From the NCBI GenBank assembly GCA_004764695.1, contig SMSO01000033.1, positions 868,001 to 932,000 of the forward strand: 64,000 nt of DNA, written 5' to 3'. The notes beneath the pieces were generated by a model. The model saw only the letters and a program-made list of their open reading frames with translations. It did no database searches and was not told where the DNA came from. A program made the translations under genes and the position numbers. The DNA is from Schizochytrium sp. TIO01 (Eukaryota; Protista; Bigyra: Labyrinthulomycetes). This document shows, one piece after another, positions 37,601-52,600 of this stretch (positions within the stretch are counted from its first letter, which is position 1; each line of letters begins with the position of its first letter).

Positions 37601-40600
37601 GTTGCATGACGAGTCACCTCTTCACCATCTACCCAAAAAGTCTCACCAGCAGCAATCACATCACAGAGACTCTCTTGTGTAATCACGCTGGTTTCTCCAT
37701 TTAAGACAGAAGCCTTGGCTGAGACCTTGCGTCGCGAAACTGTTCTCTGGACTTGCACACGACCCAGAGAATTCATCACCTCGAGTGCGATCTCCATCTC
37801 AGATGCGCTAACATCATACGGAAGAATTGTTGTTGAGTCAGAACCAAGCTGCAAAGTAAATGACCCATCAATGTTATCCTTATCAGCACTCGATTCAACA
37901 ACAACACGCCGATAAACTTGAGCATAGGAGTCTAGTCCTTCCAGTTGTTCCGAGTGAGCAACGAGAGATTCTTGCGCTCCTGCACTCTCTGGAAATGTAA
38001 TGTGCCATTGAATGAAGGTGTCAGAACCAGAAGTGAGATCAACCTTCTCTACAGAGATTGGAGCAATCTCTGTAATGAGCTCTACAGCTGATGCAACCGT
38101 TTCTGCATCTGCAGAGGTATCCACTTCCACATATGATCCATTACGAGCAAGGATCATGAAACCATCAACGGGATTTTCGTTTGCCTGCAGAACCAATACC
38201 TGAACGTCTTTTGTACCCTTGTAGCAGCTTCCCTGATAGCTTCCATCGAGCCACTTCTCGCAATCGTTTGCCAAAGCTTCCATATAGATGTAATCTGTAG
38301 GAAGCTCACCATCGTATTCAGTGCTCACAGAAGTTGTAATTGTACCTCCATAGGATGTCAAGCCAGAACCATCGATTGTAAGTTCAGGAAGGTCACCAAG
38401 ATCGCTGGAAAAAACAATATTCCATGTCGTTCCATAATCTACCTCAGCACCTGTGACACTCACTCCACGAATGGAAGGGAGCTCATTCAGAGCAATTTCA
38501 ACGTCAGCTTCAGAAGCGTCGTGAGCCAGAGGGCGTGTTGTCTCAGTACCAAACGTAAGTGTGAATGTGCCAAACAAGTTATCAACACTGCTAGAAACTG
38601 TGATATTCTGCATTTCTGAAACAACAGTTGAAACAGGAAATGCCTCAACTATGTAGCGATCCACAAATGCCTCTCCGGATTCTTCTGATGGAGCACTCCA
38701 TGAAACAGACAGCTGCGAAGCGGAATATGGCTGTACAGTAAGCGATGCTGGCGCTGCAAGTCGGGCTTCCGCATATAGCGCTAAGGGCACGGTACCAGGA
38801 GCCCCAATCATTGGTGCTGCAGAGCAGTCCGCAGAAGTGGGTGCTGTGGTTGGGCAGATTGTTGGGGATCCTCGAGTTGGCATTTGTGCAACGGTAGAGT
38901 ATGGGCCAAGGCCTGCCTCGTTACGTACTGCAACGCGAGCGTGAACATAATCACCTTTAGAATACTCTCCATGTGTTCCAATCGAGACGGGGCCAATAGG
39001 CATAACTCCAGGTGTGGTTTCAGAAGCTAGAACTGATCCACCCAGTGCAAGAGAATCATCAATATCAAGTAAGGGTAAGTCTCCGATGTTCGTGGCAAAG
39101 GTCACCGACCACGCAAATGTACCCATCACACTATTATCGAGATTCACTTCAACACGGCCAACGGTAGTCAAAGTCTCGAGCCAGAACTTTAAGTCCTCAG
39201 CTGAAACATCAACTGCAACTGTAATGGGGCTGCCAGATTCATCAAAATCAACAGTAAAGTACCCACTGGTTGCAGTAGAAGTGATGACCTGAACTTCAGA
39301 CGTGGTGGACGCATCAGTTAACGTGGAAGCGAGGGTTGTAAATTCAGGCGCAACACCAGCTCGCAGCGTAGAGATAGTCAAGCTTGGATCCAGAGTTGCG
39401 GCAAGGCTAGAATGCACAGCAAGACAACCTGAAGCTTCTGCTCCAAGACTATCACATGTTGCCTCTCCATAAAGAGATGTCATGGTGACTTGCCAAACAT
39501 AACCACCTTGTGAGTCAGGACCACGACGAGAGACCTCAACAGAACCGATTCCGGGGAGATCCTCCAAAGCATGCTTCATTTCCTCTGCAGTAGCACTGTA
39601 GGAAAGTGCCGCAGATCGCTTACGAATATAAGCTGTCAGTGAAGTGTCGGTTTCTCCTGTATAGGCCTCTGTCAAAGTGATGGAGGTGCTGTCAATAGAA
39701 GCAACTTCACTCTCATGAGAACCGAGCCGAATAAAGTCTCCTTGTTCAACGGAGCTTTGCCAGTCGCTACTGGTAGTTGCGCCATAGGCACCACCAGAAA
39801 TACTTACTTCTCCAAGAACCGTGTCCATAATATAGCCAGTGGCTCCAGAAGCCCCCGCACGGTGCAACTCGGCCAATGTAATAGTAGACGAATCAAATGT
39901 TACTCCTTGCTCTGCAACTCGGTGGACTTCTCCGCTAATTAAAATGTAGTCACCTCGGTTAATTTCGCCAGTCCAATCCTCAGTTGTGCTTCCAACACGT
40001 GACTTTTGAGGGATTGTTACAGTGCCCGGTAAAGCTGTTGTGAATTCGCCTACAAAATCAAAAGACATAGTAAAGGTTCCAGAAAGGGGGCCAGTTGATG
40101 CACTTGACTGAATCTCGAAAACATGAGGCACAAACCCAGCAACACCTTCCACTTCAGTTCCAATGGAAATCGAAATGGCAGTTGATGCAGGGGCTTGGCA
40201 TGAGCCAGAGCCAACATCGGTGGAAGTCAACGAGCCTACGTTTCCATTACACATGTGAGAACCTGTAAATGTAATGAGAAAACAGCTAGCGCATGCCGCA
40301 CTATTCAGGGAAACTGATACGCCATCAACAGAACCGAGACTATTGAGTGCTAGCGAGAGATCCTCAACGGACGAGTCAAGGCTCAAACAATCGGTGGACT
40401 CACCATCAAATGTGAGCTTGAAGGATGCTGATGGCTCTGATTCTGCTCCTGTAATATTGATTGCTTGGATCTCCATGATACGTGTGGCGTACTCAATCTG
40501 GACACTGCTTACGCGGGCTCCATTGTTACCATATACAGTGGTATCCACAGGCAGCTCATAGTCAACTAGAAGGGCTCCGTCGGATGCAAAGTTACGACGA

Positions 40601-43600
40601 AGGCTCACAGCACCTGGGCGATCCGGGAGAGCATATGTTCTTAACGGAGATCCTGATGCTATCTGAACTCTTCCATTACCTTGAGCATTTACACCATAAG
40701 CGCGATAGTAATAGAAACGTCCAGGAGTCAAGTCATATACAGGGATTGTAATAGGATAGCTAGTTCCAGCAGATACAGATGTCGAAACTTGGATGAGATC
40801 ACCGCTATTGAAAGAGTCAATGGTATCCACCTCAATAATAAACGATGAGATCTGCGAGCCACCTGAGCTAATGGGCGAATTCAAAGATAGCATGACAGAG
40901 CTTTCGGACTGAATAGCAACATTAACGTCGCGTGGCGGAAACGGAATATTAACAGCTGGGGTCAATGAGGCAGGCAAGGGGGCGGCAAAGCCACCAGTTC
41001 CACGAAGAGCATTATAAGCCGCTACCCGAACAAAATACTGGCGTTTGGTCAACCCAGAAATACGATAGCTGTATGGCATCATGCCCATTACACCGGCTCG
41101 GGCTTCTTCGACACTAAGAATACCAGATGATGGGACACCTGCAGCGTCGACGTCAAGACGTGAGCCAACACTACCAGGGTAGAGAATGTCAACAAACGTA
41201 ATCTCCCATGAAAAACCGCCATCAACTTCCAGGACATTGCGCTTTACGTTGACTTCGCCAATCGTGATAAGAGATTCTAAGGCGTTCTTGATCTCGGCAG
41301 CGGAAGCATCTACAAAAACAGGGTCGGTTGTCTGCCCATCAAAAATCATTTGAAATGTCCCGGTTGAAGTGCCAGTGCAGGTGATACGACGTACTTCATA
41401 CACTTGTGCCACAGAAGTGCTCTGTACCACAGCAGACCCAAGCAAACTGGAGTCAAATGATGCGCTTACGTCCCATTCGAGCTCGTAGTGTGTAACTGGG
41501 GAGCCTCCGCTCTCCAGAGGAGCAAGCCACTCCACTAAAATCTCAGTGTTCGAGATCGATTTCATCGTCGGGTATCGAACCTTGGGAGGAGCAAGCTTAA
41601 TCGGAGATACTGATGTGGGCACTGTAAATTCCGGTGTTGAATAGCCAAGCTGGTTACCAGCGGCGACACGTCCATAATATGGAACACCGCTTAAAAGGCC
41701 GGTGAATTCTGCAACTCCGACAGCCTTCACGGATACCTTTGCGTCATTGCTTAAAGCTGACAATGTATTCTCATAGATTGCAACAAGTTTACGCGGGGCC
41801 GAAGAAGCGACGCTTGTAAACGTAATCCCCCATTCATAACCGTTATCAATTGAGACTCGTGAAACATCGACAGTACCAATCAGGCCTAAGCTTTCAAGTG
41901 CAGACTTCACACTGGATGCACTTGCATCTTTTGCAAGAGCAGGCGTTCTGGCAAGTCGGTAGCACGGAACATGGGAATAGGTAACGCCATCATGAGTAGC
42001 TGACTTGCTTGCATCTTCTGCGTCAGCTAGAGGAACTGAGTAAGTTCCCCAGCTGTCGCTCAAATGCACACGGTATATAGGTCCGCTCAAGATATCCCCA
42101 ATTCTGATGTAGTCACCTTCAAGGATAGTGGGAGGAGCAAAATTAGTGTTCGAGGTAGTAGCCCCTGAGTTGAGTTCGTAGATTCCAGAGATTCCAGAAT
42201 CGCCAGGTGCAATCGAACAACTGCCAACTGCAGAGTCAAGTTGAAAGACGGGTGTTCCAATCGCAACTGTTTCTCCATCGTAGGTTGTGGCTATACTTGC
42301 ATCATCAATAGTGGCGAGCGGCAAACTTGTTGGACTCAACGTATCAGTGAGGTGGACGCGGTATGTACGACCCATAATTCGGATAAAATCACCGCGAGCT
42401 ACACAATAATCGAAACCGGACGCTGAACCCGACACCCAAGTCAGAGCATAATCTCCTTGTGAAACACTAACTAAGGCATCTCCGCATAAACGTTGAGTAA
42501 ATGAACCGTAATCATTGAAGGAACCATACGCAAGGTAAAAGGTGCCAGAGATACCAGCAGTGTAGGCACTAGTCCGAACGCGTTGAATGGTGTAATCTAT
42601 AGGAAGAATCTGCGTCTGTAAAGAAGAAGAGCTGAATGCAGCACTACGATCAAGTTCAACCTTGAATGAGGTTACAGGCTCCCCACCATGCTCATCAGGT
42701 TCTTCAAATGTAATTTTGACTTGTTGATCATTGATTACTTTCATCTCAATGGTTTTGAGTGCGGTTGGAACACTTTTGGGAGAAAGAGAGATAGGGGTTG
42801 ACGCACTGAGAGGACCACGGCCACGATCAGTTTGCGCGGCTACTTGAACATAGTAGTCCTCTCCAAGATCCAGGCCTTCGATAGTGTAGGTGGAGGTAGG
42901 GGCGGTCACTGTAGCTGACCGGTAGGCTAACGGCTCGACACCGACCTGAGTATCATCCTCAATGGTGACTACAGGACTGGTACCTCCAAGCAAATTATCG
43001 TTGTATGTGAGTGCAGGTTGTTCCCCACGCTGAGACTCAAAAGTAATCACCCATTCGTAACCATATGATCCATAGCTTGACCTTGTGACAGTCACATCCC
43101 CAATGGTTGGCAAAACCTCAAGTGCGGCTTCCACACGCAAAGCACTAGCATCGTAAGCAATATTAGTTGTAGTGTATTTGTGGAAAATCTCATGCGATCC
43201 AGTGGCTCCAGTAAAGGCAGACTCAAGAGGCAGTCGCGAAGCGCTGAAAATGTCCCCCCCGCTGACACTCACAGTGTACTCTACCTCATTAATAACTACA
43301 ACATCACCGCGAGCTAGATACCGAGTCAAGTCCAAATCTCCTTCAACCGTTGCAAAGAGTGCTCCATTAGACACATAAACAGTGCCGAGAGATACATCAT
43401 ATGCTGAACCAAACGAGAGTGTGAAAGACCCGGACATTACGCTTGAAGCCGTTGTACGGACTGTTTGTACGGCTTTGGTTCCAAAATGGGGTGTGGATGC
43501 AGATCGCTGAAACCACTCCACAAAATATCTGTCGACTGTGATACCCGAAGCAAGGACTGGTGCGGACCAGGATACCTGCAAAGAGCTTCCTGAACCCGTG

Positions 43601-46600
43601 TTTACCAGGTTCACAGCTTGTACGGCAGTGGGTAAACCACGAGGCATCTCGCTCAAAGGTTGAGTAGGTGCTGCATCACCATATCCCATCTCAGAGTTAT
43701 ACGCTGAGACGCGAACATAGTAACGTGAGCCTTCTACCAAAGAAGTAATTACATAAATCATATCTGAAGCAGAGGGCACAACTGCGTCTCCATAATTGCT
43801 ACTACTAAAAGCTGAGGATGTGTCCCACTCGACCTTAAACTGAGTTACCGAGCCTCCACCTTGGAATTGAGGCATCGCAAAGTGAACTTCAAGTTCTGAG
43901 GAAGACCTCAGCTTAAGAATAGGCGAACCACAAGTTGCTGAAGAGTCATATGGATTGCAAGGAAAACTGGGTGTTTGAAATGGCGGAGCTAGTTCACCAG
44001 GTGTTGTCGCAATCGTCGTGCCGTAACCTAAACGGTGTTTTGCAGCAACCCTAACATAGTAAGCACGGCCTGGCTGTAGATCGTTGATAATATACGAGCT
44101 GACATCATCTGCGACCTCCGGGCAGGTACCATCGTTACAACGACTAAAATCAAATGCAATTATCGACTCAGATGTGCAGTCTCCAGAATCACAATTGATC
44201 GTATCACAGCGTTCTGCAACTGCAGGATAAATAACACGTAAAGAAGGCGCTCCCGAGCTTGGATCAGCAACATCAATTTCATACGTACGTGATGTTGTAT
44301 CGGTTGTCAATGTAGTCGAAACACTGGTGAAGCTAGAGAGCGACTCAATAAACGCAGTCATTTCTGTTGAAGTAGCATCGTATGGAATGCACGATGTTGT
44401 CTCGCCGGAACTGGTTTGAAGGACATATGCACCTCTATTGCCGTCAACGCTATCTGAAATACTGACAGATGCATCTGTTCCAGTGAGGCTGCTGTCATAG
44501 CTGACGATAAGGGTAGGTACGTTACCAAGTCCAACAAACGTGATTTCATAGTCAGATAAACTAGAGCTAATTGAGCTCGTCACTGTGTTTACTGTAATAT
44601 CACTGTTGCTGAATAACGTCCTTAATTTAGCTTGCAAATCGGAACCATCTGAGTCAATGCTGACAGAGACCGGGGTTTGTAAGCTAGAAATTGCGCAAAG
44701 ACCACAAAAACTAGAAGCATCAACTGTTACAGAAAAGGTTCCAGAAATTGAATTTCCATCAGAAGAATAACTGCTGATGATCTGAATCTCGTCAGTAGAT
44801 GACATTGTAGAGGCCGCTGATACAACTACCTTTTGCTCCTGAAATGGAACTGTGGCGTTAGTTGGATGCCCTTGTGTAATCGATGGACCAGAGCCGCTGT
44901 CAGTACTATCGACCAAGTTTGAGTCTGAAATCTGCAAATCAGGAACCAGTCCAACCATATTTTCGAATTCAATTGTCCACGTGTAGCCACCGTCAGTGAG
45001 GGTTCCCTGCGTTACAGAAACAGTATCAATGTTGGGAAGATTCTCAAGTTCTGTTTTCAAATCGGAATCTGTGGCAGAGGCTGAGATCCAAGCAGTCTGA
45101 TAGATACCTTGCACTCGGCAATAGTCGCAAGTAGCGGTGTTGAATGTCAGGCGATAGAAGCCAGAGACAACTCCATCGCCATCAGTCACAGCAGTCGTGA
45201 TGGTTTGAACATCTTTTGCAAAGTCTGTCCAAGGTGTCGATGACCATTCAACAATGTAATTTTCAATGTCATCTCCACCATTGTCTTCAGGAGTCGACCA
45301 AGAAACATGGAGGCTAGTTCCAAGAAGTGAATCATCTGTAGAGATTTCACTAGATGTCAGCAAACGCAAGCCAACATCTGTTGGAGCATCCGGAGAACGC
45401 ATAGGAATCGAAGTATGGGTAGCTGATACAGGTCCATAACCAAGCGTGTTGCGAGCCGTCACACGGAAATAGTATGTCACACCAGGAGTAAGAGAAGACA
45501 CTGTCACGCTCAACTCGTCACCTGGTGTAGCTTCATCACGGTATGGAGATCCATCCAATCCATCAGCGTCTGTATTTACATTTCCAAATGACAGGGGCTT
45601 ACCACTCACAGAAGTAAATGTTGGCATGGTATCCCATTCAATACGGTATCGAGTGTTTGCAACGTTGCTCAAAACACTACCTGACGTCCATGTAATCTTC
45701 AATGAGGATTCTGTGAAGGAGTTTTGACCGTTCAAGACTTCATTTGAGAGCAAGACGTTCAACACTTCACTTGGAAGCGCGCGTGTCACGATATAAGCAT
45801 CACAGGCCTCAAGACCTGATTCACAAAAGGCAGTGGCTTCGCCTGCGTTAGCACTGAATCCTTGGTCATTCCCAGCAAAAATGCGTACATAGTAGGTTGT
45901 GCTCGGCGAAAGACCAGTCACAACCTTGCTGAATGATGTTTGAGAGTCTTGTGACGTAAGAACAGTGACAGTCTGTGTAGAATCAACGGAACTAAAATCA
46001 GAAATCGAGGAAATCTCAATCTTGTAGGAACTAATCCGAGCTCCGTTTGTTGAAGTAGGTGGAGCCCATTCAACATAAAGAGCAGTAGAATCATCCTTCA
46101 CAGAGCGGGCCCGCACGTTTTGTGGCTTGGTAGATGGGGCCCGAGGAACAAGAGCAGCAGGGGAGGAAACCGTTGCGAGGCCTTGTCCGATAGAGTTCAC
46201 TGCGCGAAGTCTAAAGTAGTATGACGTGCCAGGAGAAAATGCACCACCATCCAAAACAGTAGATGCACTTACTTGAACATCAATTAAGTCAGTTCCAGAA
46301 AAGGATGTACAGCCCGAGGAAGCAGAAGAGTACGACAAAGCTCCAATGTTAGAATCGGAACCAGAAAAAGTAATTCGGTACAAGTATCCATTGCCTGGGT
46401 TTGTAATATCTTCACGTGAAACAGTAATCCCAGCAGAGAAAACAGTGTTCAGAGCTGAAGCTAACGCAGCGCTAGTAGCGTCATAGTCAATGCAAGTTGA
46501 TGTAGTCGCGCTGTTCAAATCTAATTTGTAACTTCCTGCTGAGATGGTACCTTCTCCAGCAAAGACATAGAGATTCTGTACTTCTGCACCGGCGATATCG

Positions 46601-49600
46601 AGAATACAGGAAGAAGAACTACAATCATTTAAGCTTCCGTCTCCAGTGATTGTCGAAATATCCCAGGAACCCAGCGGGGATCCACTTGCTCCATCGAAAC
46701 TAGACCGGGTGTCCCATTCAAGGCGATATGCCGAAATAGTCTCTCCACCGTCTGTGGTCGGATAGAGTAACTCATTCTTCACAGGTGCGTCATACTCAAT
46801 ATGAACATGCCCGGGTACATCAGATTCACTAACTGCTACAGTAAAAGCCGACGGTCGCGGGGGTACTTGAGCTGCAGGGATCGCTGTCAACGGAGCACTT
46901 CGAATAGCAGCACCCATTCCATTCGTGGAATATGCAGAAACACGAACATAGTAGATGAAACCAGCCGTCAGGGAATCAATTTTAAATTGCGAGACCCCGT
47001 TCGATGCAAAGTTAAGACGGCACTTGTTCGTTGAGACACAGTTCGCGAGTGAGACAGTACAGCAGTCAGAATGCGAGGCTGACAAATACTCAACTTCACT
47101 TGAAGCGAAGTTGTAGCTTGTGGACCACTCAACAATAAACTGAGATGGAACAGAGCCACCAGAGTATTTGGGCAGCTTCCATGAGATACCAAGTGCATCA
47201 TTACTCACGACGGTAAGGCTTGGAAGAACAGGTTCCGTCGGTGGTCGGTCACCAGTCTGAGTAAGTGTTGTGGAGGACTGGCCATCCCTAATAGTACTTG
47301 CTGTAAAGCTATCAGAAGATAAGACAGAAGAGGATACTGAACATTGATTCACATTGCCCATCGATTGCGGAAAGGTTACAATCCACTGCCAGCCTTGAGC
47401 AGTGCTCCCAGTGCTATCCAGCGAGGCCATGTCCAGGCGTATCACCTGAGGGTGGGCATGTTTGAAGGCATCCAAGATTGAAATAGCATCTGCAACATCG
47501 CTTGCTGAAGCATCAAAATCGAGAGAAGCTGTTACAGAGGTGTCGCATGTGATAGTAAAACTTCCAGACATGTTAGATCCTGTGAGAGTAAAGGCCTGCA
47601 CCTCGCGTGCATCGTAAGCGGCAGAGCCTGCAGAAGGCTCACTATAACCTTTTGCATTATACGCTAAGACGCGAACATAATAGGGCAGCGTTGTTGACAG
47701 GCCTGTCACTACCGTAGCTAATGTATCGGCAGAGACAGTCACCTTTTTGGTTGAAGAACCAAAAGTAGAACTGGTGTCTACCTGTACTAAATAGTTCTTA
47801 ATTGGCGAACCACCATCAAACTCAGGTGCGTTCCACATGACTGCAATCTCAGCAGGCGAAAGTACGTGAGCCTTGACGTTTTGCGGTTCACTGGGGGAGG
47901 ACGTGACAGGGGCCGCGAGCAAAGGAGCAGTCGTTGTTGCAAGAGTATCTACAGAATCATAAAACACTGCAGAGACACGAACATAATACTCTGCAGCAAC
48001 CGAGAGATCAGAAATTACAACTTCGGTGGAGAGCTCTCCACCATTTGTGAGGATTTCACTATGTACGCACGGTTGAGAGCCCGTCAGCGAACCATGGCAA
48101 GCAAACGTGTGAGCGTCACTTCCATCTGTGCGTGTGCTCACGAGCAACGAAGGGATCGCTTCATTGGCACCCAAAAAGGTGACAATCCACTCAAATCCAG
48201 CTGCAGAGTCGACGCTTCCAGTACTTTGTTGAAGGATAGTCCGTGTCACATAAACCTGATCAACGGTAGACAATGATTCAATGCTTGCTGCAAATGTTTC
48301 TTCGTCTGCATCAAAATCGATTGATTCTGAAGTTTGTCCGAGCATGGAAACTTTAAAGCTTCCCCCGAGGTCATCGGCACCAGTCGTGGTGACTGAGATA
48401 CGCTGGATGCTGTATGAACGCTCAATTTCTTTGGAACCAAGGGGAAGGATAGTGATTCCAACTGTTCCTTGGTCAAAGCTTGGTTGAGTTCCGGAAACAG
48501 CCTTCACTACAGATACCATAGCTTTAGCTCCAACTAAGCCTACTGCGTTGCCCACCATGGTGGGTACTTCACCAACATTGGTGGTGAATGTTACACGCCA
48601 CGAGTAACTGCCTGCAGAAGCAAGGCTCTCGCGGCCAACTTCAACACTACCTACTTGTGCTAGAGCTTCAAGAGCTGCTTTCAATTCGCCCGCAGACGCA
48701 TCATAGGGAATTGGCGTTGTAGTCTGCGAGCCCATCGCAAGCGTAAAAGTGCCCTCAGATCCAGTCTCAGAGGTTGTAATGATTTGCACATCACGAATGG
48801 CTGGATTCGTATCCCACTCCACGAAAAATTTCTCGGTGGAAGCCATTACTTGACGTTCGGGTGTTGACCACTCCACCTTCAGCACATCATTTCCAAGCGA
48901 TGTTACGGAAACATCGTTTATCTCAGCCGGAGCGCGTGAGACACGCCGGGCTGCAGGCAAGCCATATGCAGTAGGGCCATAGACATTTCCGACACCGTTC
49001 CAAGCGGAAACCCTAACATGGTACATGGCCCCAATAATGAGGCTATCCGGGATGGTGTATGTATAGATCGGTCCAGCCCCAAGGGTGGAAACATCAAGCT
49101 CAACAAAGCCCTTTTGGTCAGAGTCCATGCTAGGTAGTCTTCCGGATTCAAGTTCAGTAATTGAAGAGATAACAGCATTTGTACCGGTCAGTCCAGCTCC
49201 GTTGGCAACCAATGTAGGCTGGTTGCCAAGGTTCGTGAGGAAAATGATCGTCCAGCGATATCCATTTGTCTCAGTTGCACGATGAACAAGAACCTCCCCA
49301 ATATTCGAAAGTGCCTCAAGAGCAGACTTAAGCTGCGATGGGCTCGCATTGTAAGGAATGCTAGTTGTCGATTGGCCAGAGAAAGTCAGCTTGAAAACTC
49401 CGCCCAAGTCTGCCGTATCAGCAGATACAGAAAAGGTTTGCTTTTCATAGCCCTTGAGGCCCTCAACCGTGGTTGCAACAAGAACAGCAGCAGAAGTTCC
49501 AGTCAAAGTTCCAGCTGAACCTGAAGACGCAAAGGTATCACCTGAATCAATTGAAACCTCAAGATCGTCCGCATCACCATGCGCCGGGCCGAAAGTCACA

Positions 49601-52600
49601 AGCCATACGTAGCCCTTGTTTTCCGTAGCCTGCACAGATGCGTCAACACGCTTACGACGCGATACCTGCAAATCTGAAGCAATGGAAGGAAGACCACGAA
49701 GAGCAGTCTCCATGTCCTTTGCAGAAATATCATGACTGAGCGCAGCAGTGACATGTTCCTGATAACGAAGCATGAAAGTACCGCCAATTGAATTATCAGA
49801 TGCACTTGTTGTAATAGTCTGCACCTCACGAAGGCTATAGAGCACAGCATCAGAAGCACTTGCATCAACTGCATCTTGGCCGAGGACATCCCATTCGACT
49901 TTATATTTAGTAATCGGTTGACCACCTGCACTAGCCGGGGCTGCAAAATTTACACTAAGGGTGCCGCTTGATGCTGAGTTCAAAGCCACTGACATTGGTT
50001 TCTGGGGCTGGGTGCATGGCTTAAGCGCCGCCGGAACAGTGTTTGCTCCACGCACCGAGTACCCAAATGCGTTGTACGCAAAAACCCGAACATAAATATC
50101 TACACCTTGAGGTAGCGACTGAATAATGTACGAGCAGGGCGAAGTCTGACAATCAGACTGGAGTGATTTAGACACCTCATGAAAACCCTTGCCGGATGAG
50201 GCATCTGATGCAAAGTCGTCTTGGACATCCCATTCAATCTTGTACTTTGTAATTGTATCTGCACCATCACTTTCCGGTGCATTCCAGTAAACCTTGAGAG
50301 AAGTTCCAGTCTGAACAGCAAGTTGTGTATCTTGCACAATATCCGGTTTTTGCCGGGGTGGGGAAATTGAAAGAGGGGTTGAAGACTGAGGTGCACTCCA
50401 GCATCGATCGTTCCTCGTACTCACGCGAGCAAAGTAAGATGTTCCAGCCGTAAGAGAGGTGATTGTGTACTCAAAGGTGGATGCACTTAGTTCGACCGAT
50501 CCATACTCAGCTGGTAGGGTCCCTGCGGTGGTTGTTACAACGCTAGAGGTCAAAGTACCAGAGGTAACAATAAGGTCAGAGTCAATCAACAGGTCGGCTT
50601 GTGGACCAAAGTCGGATTCGAAAATTACTGTCCATACATATCCAGCTGTTGTGTCAGCGGATCGGCTAACCGCTACAGAACGAATTCCGCAGAGTCCATC
50701 GAGAGCAGCCTTGAGGTCCTCAGCTGAAACGTCATAAGAAAGAGCATCTGTAGCCTCGCCATCAAAACTAAGCGTAAAACTACCACCAAGCGAAGCTGAG
50801 CTGGTTAAAGTTACTTCTTGTACTGCTAGAGTGGCGACCGGTAAGGTGTACCATTCAACAAGATAACCAGAAACTGAAGAGCCGACATTATTCTCGGGAG
50901 AGGACCATGCAACCTGAAGGGATTGTACAGAGTCGGCAATACGAACAGAACCTCCTTGAGAACCAGCATTCGCAACGATAGTCGAAAGAATAACTTGGCC
51001 GTCCTCAATAGCATCAAGGGCACGCCGAGGAATATATGATGCAGGGATGGAGTTGCCTCCATCATTATCTGTAACTGTAAAAGGACCACGGCCTTCTGAG
51101 TTTATGGCTGCAACTTTGTAGCTATACCTCTCCCCAGGCACAAGACTAGTGATGACATAATCGAATGTAGTCACACCAAGAGTGCTAGTAAATGCAGCAG
51201 GCGTGTCGATAGTCTCAAAGGACCACACATCCTGAGCCGCATTTGTAGAGGTGGACCACGACACAACATACTGAGAAATAGAAGCGCCATTGTCAGTCGC
51301 GGGTGCATCCCAGTAGATCTTGATAGAAGATGCGGAGCCAGCCACCAGACGACTAAAAGCAGAAGCTGGGGCATCAGGGATTGCTCGAGGAGTTTCATAA
51401 ATAGGTTCCGCACGAGGTCCGTAGCTCAACCCATTAGAAGCAGTGCCGGTAAAAGCAGCAACACTCACGTAATACTGTGTACCAGGATCAAGAGATGTAA
51501 TTTCATATTCATATGGCGAAGAGAGGTCACCTAGATCGAGTGTCTCGTCAGCGCTGGTAATTTCAACACTGCTCAGGTCTGTAGGTGCAACTCCTGTCGT
51601 CGTTGACGTGATACTAAGTGCTGCGGTTCCAGGGCTAAGAGACGATGAGAATATATTAAAGTATTGGGTAGCGTCACCAGCAAAAGAATTAAAGGTGATG
51701 TTCCAACTAACTGAACTCGCTTCAGATTTCACTACAGTGACACTTCCAACTTCTGGCAAAGCTTCAAGCGCAGCCTTTAACTGCCAAGACTCCATATTAT
51801 AGGGCAGAGAAGGAGTCGTATGGGTGCCAAAATCCAACTTAAAGGTTCCTCCAGTAGCACCTGTCATGGTAAGCTGTGCGTATGATGCGGTTCCAGTTCC
51901 GGACCACCATTCAACTTTGTATTTGGAAACAGCTGCGCCGCCATCGTTAAGAGGAGGACGCCAGGAAAGTTGAAGAGAGTCCGCTGCGGTGACACTAAGC
52001 GTCAAGCTTGTGGGTTGAGTCGGTGGCACTGCCTTGGGGTAAACCGAGAAAGGGCTGCCGCTCAGATCCTCAATTGAGTGGTACAAAGCCGCGCTTGGGA
52101 TGATTTGCAAGGGCTGAGAGTTTGAGTGCCAGTAAAGTTTGCATGCTGCATCACCAGTATTCTCCCGAAATTCAATTTTGATAGATTCAAGACGTCCCTC
52201 GACGAGTGAAGTACTGGTTGTGCCAACAAATTCATTGAGAGTCCCATCATCGGCAGTTGCTTCGAACTCATCGATAACGAGGTCGTCTGCAATCCAAAGG
52301 CGAATTCCATCATTCGCTTCAACAATAAACTCAAAGATCTCTGAAAAACGTGGTTGGATGTAGCCTGTCCAACGAATAGAAATATAGTCACGCCCAGTGT
52401 CTGTAATAAAGCTTTCCCATTCAAAGTCAATTGTTTGATCGATGCGGGTCAAAACAGGAGTGTCAAAGAGCCACCTGTTATTGTAGTACTGGCCCATAAG
52501 ACCACCAACATTAGCTCGACTGACATCAAGCGAATACGAACCCTCACGTGGTACTTCATACGAAGCTTCGTAGATACCATCCGCGCCAGAATACCAAACA

